A stretch of DNA of 64,000 nucleotides, from assembly GCA_044892525.1 (NCBI GenBank), contig CM097885.1:39000001-39064000 (forward strand). Reading direction: 5' to 3'. How positions within the stretch are numbered: the first letter of the stretch is position 1; every line of letters starts with the position of its first letter. Made by a program: the position numbers and the translations under genes. The notes beneath the pieces are model-generated. The model was not told the DNA's origin and ran no database searches. It saw only the letters and a program-made list of their open reading frames with translations. Of this stretch, positions 54,711 to 64,000 are shown one piece after another. The DNA is from Schmidtea polychroa. Taxonomy: Eukaryota.

Positions 54711-57120
54711 AATATTAATATTATTTTTATTATTTTTTATTATTATTTTTATTATTAATTTTTATTATCATTGAAATTTGCATCTAAATTTGCCTTTGAA
54801 AATTATTTCATTAAAATTTCCATTTAAATTTGTCTTTGACAATTATTAATTCATTAAAATTTCTATTTAAAATTAGCTTCAAAAATTATACCATAAAAAT
54901 TTCTATTCAAATTTAACTTAAAAAAAAATATTTCATAAATATTTTCAATAAAAATTAACTTAAAAAAATTATTCCATAAAAGTTTCTATTAAAATTTGAC
55001 TTTAAAAAATTATTTCTTAAAAATTTTATTTTAAATTTTTATTTCTCAGAAGCGGTTGGTTATTCCAACTTTTTGTTTATTAATTTTAATTTAAAGTTTT
55101 GAACCTGTAATTTAAAAATAAAACATTAATTTACCTATTTATCCTTGTATTACTTTATTTAAATTTTTTTACCATAATTTACAACCAAATATAGCCCTTA
55201 TTTTCATATTTAACCAATAATTTCATGTAGTGAATGATTAATTGACAATGATTTGCATCTTTAATTACTATTGAAAAATAATACATAAAACTTTCCATCT
55301 AAAATTAACATTGAAAAATAATTCATAAAAATTAACTTAAAAAATAATTATTTCATTAAAATTTTCATCTAAAATTAACATTGAAAAATATTTCATATAA
55401 ATTTTCATCTGAAATTAACATTGAAAAATATTTCATAAAAATGTCTATTAAAAATTATCTTAAAAATTATACTTAAAAATTTTCATTTGAAATTTTCAAT
55501 TCTCAATCACCAACTATTATTCCAACTTTTTGTAAATAAATTTTAAAATCTAACTTTAACTTTTTTTACTTATTACATTACTTAAATTTACTTATTTAAC
55601 TTTAATTTAAAGTTTTTTTTTTACCATTGATTACTTAATTTTAAATTTTGAACCTTAATTAACTTTAATTTTATTTTTTAGAACCTTAATTTAGTTATTT
55701 GAGCCCATTGATTACTTTAATTTAAATATTTGGACCTTAATTTACTTATTTGAACTCATTGATTGCTTTAATTTTAAATTTTAGCCCTTAATTAACTTAT
55801 TTGAACCCGTTGATTAATTTAAATTAAGTTTTTTTCGAACCTTAATTAACTCATTTGAACCCATTGATTACTTTAATTTAATTTTTTTTAGAACCTTAAT
55901 TAACTTATTTGAACCTGTTGATTAATTTAATTTAATTTTTTTTCTAGAACCTTAATTAACTCATTTGAACCCATTGGTTACTTTAATTTTTTTTTTTTTT
56001 GGATCTTAATTTACTAATTTGAACCTTAATTTACTTATTTCAGCCCATTGATTATTTTAATTCAATTATTAGACTCATCATTTACTTTAGTTTAAAATTT
56101 TGGACCTTGATTTACTTTAATTTCATAATTTAGCCTTTAATTTACTTATTTAACTTCAAATTAAAATTATTGATCATTGATTACTTTAATTCAAAAATCT
56201 TAGCCCATAATTTACTGTAATCCTATTTTTAGACCCATAATTTGCTTTATTTTAAAAAATTTACCATGTTTTTAGTGTAGACCACCTTTTTGTATTGAAA
56301 ATAACCTGAGACCTTGAATTACCATACTTTTTTAGTGTAAACCGTCTTTTTGTATTGAAAATCCTAGGACTATGGAGACCCCCTCACTATAGTGTGAATA
56401 ATCCATGCTTTTTTATTGGAGACTACCTTTGTCTATTGAAAATATCCTGAGACCTTAAATAACCATGGCTTTTTTAGTGATAATCAGATTTTGTATTGAA
56501 AATCCCAGGACCAAGGAGACCCACCCAAATAATACTGACTTATCCTTTGCTTTTTGTATTGAAAATATCCTGAGACTTTAAAATGCCACTGTTTTTTAGT
56601 GTAGATAACCTATTTGTATTGAAAATATCCTGAGACCTTGAATTACCATACTTTTTTAGTGTAAACCGTCTTTTTGTATTGAAAAAAATTTTTTCTATTG
56701 AAAATCCCAGGACCAAGGAGACCCACCCAAATAATACTGACTTATCCTTTGCTTTTTGTATTGAAAATATCCTGAGACTTGAAATTGCCACTGTTTTTTA
56801 GTGTAGACCACCTATTTGTATTGAAAATATCCTGAGACCTTGAATCACCAAACTTTTTTAGTGTAAACCGTCTTTTTGTATTGAAAAAATTTTTTCTATT
56901 GAAAATCCCAGAACCAAGGAGACCCACCCAAATAATACTTATCCTTGGCTTGTTTATTGAAAAAAAATTTTTGTATTTAAAATCCCAGAAAAAAATCATT
57001 GGAGCATGCGGCAACAATTATGTAATCAAAAAAATATCTACGGCAAAAATTATGCTATCAAAAGTTTGCAACATTTTTTACCCCCCCCCTATTGCTGCCG
57101 TAGGCCACTAACTACCTACT
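48431..57120. mobile_element. Non-autonomous Polinton-type element without credible genes, 8,690 bp, inverted arms ~48431-50190 and ~55092-57120
   Basis: Termini AGTAGGTAGTTAGTGGCCTACGGCAGCAATAGGGGG / exact reverse complement; 6-bp TSD GATGAC at 48425-48430 and 57121-57126. Confidence 0.93.
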
Positions 57121-57621
57121 GATGACTCATCCTATGACTCATCATATTTTTAGAACGATGCCTCATCCGATGCCTCATTAATTTTTATGGAACAAAGACA
57201 ATGACTCATCAAGAAATTATTATTATCTTTCAAAATATTATTAGTGATCTAGCGGTGACATGGTTTTCGTTTGCCCAAAAGTTATCGTTCATATTATTCC
57301 ACTTCATCGATCGATAGCTCATTTTAAAGCCCAGTGCAAGATCTATCTACTGATGTATAAATTTAATTATAAAAGTATAAAATTATTATGATCATTTTTA
57401 TTGGGAAAGATATTAACGTCCGCGCGAAAGATGTTATTATTATTATACACTCTGAGTTTATCCGACAAGATATTCTGTCCCCCTATTGGTACTGCACACA
57501 TGGGTACTGATCACGCTCAACAAGTCACATGGGTACTGTTCACAAAGTTACTACTAAAAATATTCAAGACAAAACTTTAACAAAGAAATTCTAAATATTA
57601 TACTTAAAATATACACTCAAA

Positions 57622-57980
57622 CTAAAATTTATTAACACATTCACATTCATCATCTCCACAGTTCATAACATTTTCAACAACATGATCTATACAATCCCTA
57701 TATACACACGGCTCAGTATCCGTAAATTCCTCCATAGGTTCATCAATTTCTTGATTGCTTTCCTCATCATCTTGAGTGTTTTCTTCATATGTTTCATCAA
57801 ATCCTGAATCTTCACTCTCTGCTACCCAGTCTATATTTAATGCTTTTGTAACAGATAATATATCCTCCATTTTCACACCAGATATTTCTGCTAATTTTTC
57901 CAATAAAAAGTTTATTATAAATTCTAAATATTAAATAATTTGATAATTAACTAATCATATTAACCTTTTTCTGTAGTCAT
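57622..57980 (-). CDS. Spliced acidic protein with C-terminal Cys cluster (exons 57980-57965 and 57923-57622)
   Basis: ATGACTACAGAAAAAG|GT..41 nt..TTAG| is in frame with ORF 57622-57903. Confidence 0.7.
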
Positions 57981-58104
57981 TATTAGTATTTTAAAACTAT
58001 AGTATATATTTGTTTATAGAAAATATAGAATATAAGCGAAAACAAATATGACTAAATACATTTATTAAATACAACAACAAATTTATTAAAATATCTGTGA
58101 AAGT

Positions 58105-58683
58105 CTATTTGTTTGTAAATTACTAAAATCAAATTTGTTTAAAACAAAATTCAACAATATTTATTGGCATAGGGGCGCCGACGAAGAACACGGATTGACA
58201 CAATCAAGTTTCTGTCAGTTGAAAAACATGAAAATAGTAAAGGGTTTTGATAAAAACTGGTCAAGTCGTTTGAAGAAAGATGATGTCATCATTATCGATG
58301 ATTTGTATCAAGAAGCCAATAAAGAAAAGGATTTTAATAATTTATTCACAAAAATCAGCAGACATGTTGGTGTAACGGTTATTTTCATAACACAAAATCT
58401 ATTTCATCAAGGTGGTACACATCGAGCAAGTAATTTAAATGTACAATATTTAGTTATTTTCAAGAATCCTAGAGATGCAACTGTCATTGATTTTCTTGGA
58501 CGACAAGCATACCCTAATAACCGTAATTTTCTTATCAATGCATTTCAAGATGCTAAGAAAATACCGCATGGGTATATATTTCTCGATTTCACACAACAAT
58601 GTCCTGATGATATACGCGTAAAAACAGATATTTTCAACCCAAAAGGTGCCATGGTTTATAAACAAAGTTCAAATCAAAGTTGA
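58105..58683 (+). pseudogene. Packaging ATPase, 5' end with Walker A deleted
   Basis: LFVCKLL..IIIDD..SRHVGVTVIFITQNLF..FKNPRD; homolog of 35632-36243. Confidence 0.9.
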
Positions 58684-58696
58684 AAACATATAAATC

Positions 58697-59191
58697 ATGT
58701 TTTCAAAAACAAGGATATCGGGGAAAAAACAACCAAAAGTTCCACCAACAACTAGTTATACTCCATCTAAAGAACTTATTACAGAAAACTTTCCTGCAAT
58801 GAATCTTATTTCGAAAAATCCTAAACCTAAACCTAAAAGTAAAACCACTAAGAAAGTAAAAGTTGTTAAAAATCATCGGAGTTTCCCGTTTTTCAATACA
58901 TTGTTAAAGGCACCAAGTATGAAAAGAAACAGTATTTTGCAATCATTTCCAAATTATGTTGTCGATGATTTACTCGATATTATACTTAAAGTAGTCAAAG
59001 ACAAGATTAAAATCAGTAAATCTAAAAAGCAATTATTGAGTAAACATAGGAAACCTTTGCTATCATTAGTAAATAATAAAAATCGTCAACAAATGAGAAA
59101 AATTATATATAAACAACAAGGGGGATTTATCGGTGCATTGATACCTTTAGCAATATCATTATTAGGTGGAATAATAGGAAGTCGATCATAA
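58697..59191 (+). CDS. Basic Polinton virion core-type protein ending QQGG|FIGALIPLAISLLGG
   Basis: 164-aa K-rich ORF; protease-site-like xxGG motif followed by an amphipathic helix. Confidence 0.8.
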   Translation: MFSKTRISGKKQPKVPPTTSYTPSKELITENFPAMNLISKNPKPKPKSKTTKKVKVVKNHRSFPFFNTLLKAPSMKRNSILQSFPNYVVDDLLDIILKVVKDKIKISKSKKQLLSKHRKPLLSLVNNKNRQQMRKIIYKQQGGFIGALIPLAISLLGGIIGSRS

Positions 59192-59252
59192 ACAATGGGT
59201 GCTAATCCTTCATTACCAGACATTAAATTTAATATTAAATCTTCTTGCTGTA

Positions 59253-59646
59253 ATGGAGAAGATTTGGACGAACCCCGAAGACGAAGCTGGCTTTGGTGGA
59301 GTGGCAAAATTAAGGAAAAGAGTTCCGAATTCGAAAAGGAAATCCAGAAGTGGTTATCAGACCAGCTTGCGTACAGTTTGAACAAACCAATGCAGAAACG
59401 ATTCCCAACAAGAGCATATAAAACATATGGAATAAATGATTTATGGCAAATGGATTTGATGGAGATGATACCCTATTCGAAAATTAACAATGGGTATAAA
59501 TATATTTTAACATGTATTGATGTATTCAGTCGGTTTGCCCGAGGAATACCCGTCAAGGCAAAATCTGCAGATGAAATGTCCAAAGCTGTTAATGATTTAT
59601 TTAAAGATGGACATCCTAATAACTTGCAAACTGATTTAGGTATTAA

Positions 59647-59710
<64 letters not shown>

Positions 59711-60338
59711 TTAGGTAAAGAATTCTACAACAGTAAAGTCAAGCAAATCCTCAAATTGAAAATAAACCATCATTCGGTACATTCTCAATACAAAGCTGCT
59801 CATGTTGAAAGATTTAACCGAACTTTGAGAGATAGATTAAAGAAATTATTTGTGCATCAAGGTAATAAAAAATGGGTATTGGTTTTACCAAAAATAATAA
59901 CCAGTTATAATCATTCATCACATCAAGGACTGAATGGATTAAGGCCGATTGATATCACGTCAAAAACAATCTATTCTAAAAAAACCTGTAAAAATTACAA
60001 AACCGAAATATAAAGTAGGTGACCATGTTAGAATTAGTAAAATTAGTGCATCACCATTTATTAAAAATTTCGATACGAATTGGAGTGATGAAGTCTTTGT
60101 AATTTCAAAAATAAATACTAAACAGAATCCTGTAATGTATGTCATCAAAGACAATGATAACAATATTGTACAAGGAAAATTTTATGAGCAAGAATTACAA
60201 GTTATTCCTCCCCCAAAAGTATTTAGAATTCAGAAGATATTGAAAACTAAAAAGGTCAGCAATGATAAACAATACTATGTCAAATGGCATGGTTATCAAA
60301 ACCCATCATGGATATCAGAAAAGGACCTAGTAAAGTGA
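59253..60338 (+). pseudogene. int: Polinton integrase with intron 59640-59714 and two frameshifts; overlapped by an MG-start ORF from 59195
   Basis: MEKIWTNPEDEAGFGGV; WLSDQLAYSLNKP; WQMDL; QTDLG|KEF; ERFNRTL; YYVKWHGY. Confidence 0.92.
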
Positions 60339-61322
60339 CTTTTTATACTATTTTACCAAGCAATAGTTGCCCATTAATTCATCCAGATAATCAAGCCAGT
60401 AAATTCATGGTCAATCTCCAGAATCCGATTTCTTTAAATGGTGACTGGGAAGTTGCACTGCAACATTTTACATTAGTGTACAATACATTCCCATTTTATA
60501 ATCAATGTAAGATTGATTTCAAAAGGAATGCTATGAAAACATATAGTGGTATCTTTATTATCAGTAATTATGATAAAACATATCATATTCCGAATCAAAT
60601 ATTAGATCCGCATTGCTCTATGTTTTACAAGGATGGATTAAATATCAGTTGTGATTTTAAACCATTTACAATAACATTCGAATATATTGAAGATGCCAGA
60701 CGATTGGGTTGCAATAAGTTGAAAAATGAAGTTATGGAAACAGAATACTTATTACGCTTTGATCTATTTGAAGCAAACAGTGTCGTATAATAATGAAGTT
60801 GAAGAATCATTCACCTTCGCTGACGAATTATATATTGATAAACTTGATGTTTTACTTAAATATTTAAAGTACAATTGTTCACACATATTTAAAAGTTTGG
60901 ACATTGTGAAAGATTTGTTATTTACCTTCAGTTTGAATGATGACATTTGCGAAGTTACATTTGATAAAGATTTGACAAATATACTTGGATTAGAGAAGCA
61001 GCAATATCGGGAAAAATCGGCTGGTATACGTAAACCAAGAATACTTGAACATCATCAACAAATGTTCATATATACTAATATTATTGAGCCTATAATAGTT
61101 GGTGATTCCAGTGTTCCTCTATTGAAATTGGTATGGATTGGAAAATACGAACATGATGAAGTTGTCAATATAAATATAGATAATCCTATGTATTTACCAA
61201 TTTCAAGCTCATGTATAAACAATATAGAAATGAATATTCGTGACGATAGTGGAAAACTTATAAACTTCCCAAAAGACTCAAAACCTCATTTGACACAACA
61301 TTTTCGTAAAGTAGATGGCTAA
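60284..61322 (+). pseudogene. Minor capsid (penton) protein, one frameshift
   Basis: FYTILPSNS..DNQASKF..LNGDWEVAL; IYTNIIEPIIVGDSSVPLL; IRDDSG..HFRK. Confidence 0.88.
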
Positions 61323-61677
61323 TTCCGATATTATTAGTATGTATAGTGATAGCCAATCTGGCGGTGAATTACCATATTTTATTGGTAAACAGTACGGATC
61401 AGGTTGGTTAAAAACAATAGGGAGATTTGCACTTCCTATTCTTAAACGTATTGGTAGTTTTGGAATGAAAACTGCTAAAGATGTGATTATGAATGAACAG
61501 AAAATATTACCATCCCTAAAAACAAATGCTTTAGCTGAGTTAGGGAAGGTTCTACCTGGAGTTGCTGGTATGTTTCAAAAAGATACGCCTCCAGCCCCAG
61601 CTCCAAAACGTAAAGGACATGGAATATCGCGTATAAACAAACGAATGAAAGGACATGGAACTATATTTGCAAAATGA
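61315..61677 (+). CDS. Polinton small structural protein (QSGG / QYGSG motifs)
   Basis: Homolog of 38957-39358. Confidence 0.8.
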   Translation: MANSDIISMYSDSQSGGELPYFIGKQYGSGWLKTIGRFALPILKRIGSFGMKTAKDVIMNEQKILPSLKTNALAELGKVLPGVAGMFQKDTPPAPAPKRKGHGISRINKRMKGHGTIFAK

Positions 61678-62834
61678 TTTGTGGTAAATCCGAATTATGT
61701 ATATTTGATAGACCATCGCCTCAAGCGGTAATCGAATTTGGGGCCTTTGAGGAAGTTTTTCCTATGAATTCAATTACCGATAGTAGAAATGATATCGAGT
61801 TTTATATTAATGGTTCGCAAACTGAATATTTAGATTTAAACGATACTTTATTGACTGTTCAGATCAAAGTTGTAGATAAAGATAGAAAAGTTTTGGATGC
61901 CAATGCGGATGTATTACCAAACAATTTCATGTTTCATACTCTGTTTAAAGATGCCGTGTTGGGATTTAATAATATCAAGATTGAGGGCGAAATAATACAT
62001 TCATTCACAAGGCTTTGATAGAAACTATTTTAAATTAGAATTCCGATACTAAAAATACCTGTCTTACACCTATGGGTTATGCAGCAACAGATGATGAAAG
62101 AAAAAAGTGGGTTAAAGGTTCAAAAGTATTCACTATGTGCTCATCATTACAACTTGATTTTATCTGCATTATCTCTTACTAGTGCAACTGGTGCACCAAT
62201 ATGTCAATTAGTTGATGCAAAATTATTGGTGAGAAGAGTTCGAGTAGACCCGTCAGTATTAGCTGGTCATCAATTGGGTCTTAATTCAAAACATGCAATT
62301 TATCCTTTAAAAACAAAGGAAATTGTACAATTTGCTATTGCTAAAGGTGCTTCATCATTCTATAAAGAACAAATATTTGGTGACAGAAGAATGCCTAATT
62401 TTATTCTGGTAACATTTCAAAATGGAAACGCAATATAATGGATCATATACTGCTTCCAGCTCAATTTTCAAAAATTTTGGTGTTACTTCATTGACTTTGT
62501 CGAAAAATACTGATTATAGAGAAACATATACTCAAGATTTCGAAAGCGATAATTACTGTGCGACATATATGCAGAGTATTGTTAGAAATCTTGGTTATTT
62601 AGATAAAAACTTGAATTGTGGAATAACTCTAGAAGAATTTAAAAGAAATATCCATTTTTCACATTTGTTTTAGCTCCCGATTTTGATTTAAATCAGAGTC
62701 AATTACCACAAAACGGGAATTTACGACTGGATATAAAGTTTGCAAAAGCTATTACTGAACCAGTACATGTTATAATATATGGAGTATTTGAAAATGAAGT
62801 TCAAATTACTGCAAATAGAACCGTGCTAGTATAA
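61674..62834 (+). pseudogene. Major capsid protein (double jelly-roll type), several frameshifts
   Basis: N-terminal KSELCIFDRPSPQ; C-terminal GNLRLDIKFAK..VIIYGVFENEVQITANRTVLV*. Confidence 0.9.
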
Positions 62835-62861
62835 ATGTATACAGAAATATAAAAAGTTGTA

Positions 62862-63246
62862 ATGGAGTAAGTTTTTTTGATACTGTTTAATTTATTAAAG
62901 TAGTTCTGTTCAGGTCAATAGAATTGGAAAACAGATATTGGGAAATGAATTTGTAGGAGTTTTTCCTCTCGATAAAATCCCATATTTGAGCAATAATCAA
63001 GCCATAATCGTCAATACTCAATCGTCTCATCTTGGTGGAGAACATTGGATTGCTATATATATGAAACCTAGTAATATATTCGTGTTCGATCCAATGGGTT
63101 TCTATTACCCTGCTTTGTTGGTATCAAAACTACAAACAATGGGGAAACCTATTGTATATAATAAAACTATGTTTCAAAATCCATTGACACAAACATGCGG
63201 TCAACATTGTTTAGCTTGGTTGTTGTATAAAAAATTTGATGTTTAA
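62862..63246 (+). CDS. Adenain-like cysteine protease with a 5-nt first coding exon (intron 62867-62903)
   Basis: ATGGA|GTAAGT..TAG|TTCTGTTCAG gives MDSVQVNRIG.. in frame; GEHWIA, FDPMG, FQ....CGQHC. Confidence 0.88.
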
Positions 63247-63290
63247 TAAATGTATTTTGTATCCTTTGTTGTTATTATTATTTTAATTAA

Positions 63291-63357
<67 letters not shown>

Positions 63358-63371
63358 ATTATTATTATTAA

Positions 63372-63492
<121 letters not shown>

Positions 63493-63706
63493 ATTATTAT
63501 TATAATTAATATTATTATTTTTAATCAAATTTATTTTGAAAAATATTATTATCCAAATAAAGACAACACATTCATTGTGCATGCACAGTACAAAGTCATG
63601 ACTAACAAAGATAGTCAGTCCCATGAAGTAGATACCATTTGATTGGCTGATAGAGGAAAAATATTCAGTTTATATGGGAATGTGTCTAAATTCTGATTGG
63701 TTGAGA

Positions 63707-63786
63707 CATGCTCCAGCTCATGCTCCAGCTCATGCTCCAGCTCATGCTCCAGCTCATGCTCCAGCTCATGCTCCAGCTCATGCTCC
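63707..63786 (+). repeat. 12-bp tandem repeat CATGCTCCAGCT (~6.5 copies), possibly inside an exon ending at a GTAAG donor (~63858)
   Basis: Read directly; translates as (HAPA)n followed by an acidic stretch. Confidence 0.8.
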
Positions 63787-64000
63787 GGTTAATGCCCTCA
63801 CATATACTGAGGAAGTCCTCTCTGATGAGGAATCTGATTCTGACCAGGAATCACAATGTAAGATTCTATTTATTTTTATATTTTGTTTTTTAAAGATTTT
63901 TTAATAACATTTTGTTTTTTAAAGATTTATTAATAACATTTGTAATTAATTAAAAATTTATTAATAACGTTTTAACATTTGTAAAATATGATCAAAATGA

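Noticed and set aside
57118..57130. CTGATGA hammerhead ribozyme core
   Set aside because: Created by the element end plus TSD junction; no supporting stems or GAAA

Overview
A very AT-rich eukaryotic window with (AAT)n microsatellites and 37-75 nt GT-AG introns. It looks like a metazoan, possibly a planarian flatworm, but that is inference. Almost all of it is nested mobile DNA. (1) A Polinton/Maverick virus-like element with both ends intact but decaying genes (33855-46522). It has AGTAG...CTACT termini and a 6-bp TSD GTGGAA, and sits inside the integrase of a Ty3/gypsy retrotransposon (29314-46986). It carries pPolB, packaging ATPase, integrase, minor and truncated major capsid proteins, a cysteine protease and, unexpectedly, an intact minimal TATA-binding-protein-like gene. 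(2) A second, divergent Polinton from about 47753 running off the right edge. Its left end is interrupted by an 8.7-kb element with no credible genes, Polinton-type termini, ~1.8-2 kb inverted arms and a 6-bp TSD (48431-57120). Relatives of that element occupy 1-4915 and ~6167-8894. (3) Two more gypsy copies, with a -1 frameshift signal shared across both families. (4) A hAT transposon with both ends, containing a solo LTR, plus a BED-finger hAT fragment. (5) Host-gene remnants: dynein light intermediate chain and a DUSP12-like phosphatase. The best candidate for an undescribed system is a Polinton lineage with its own transcription module (TBP-like protein plus a spliced Cys-rich/acidic orphan), intron-containing viral genes, motif-rich TIRs and large non-coding satellite-like derivatives. 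All protein calls come from motif recognition by eye; no searches were run.
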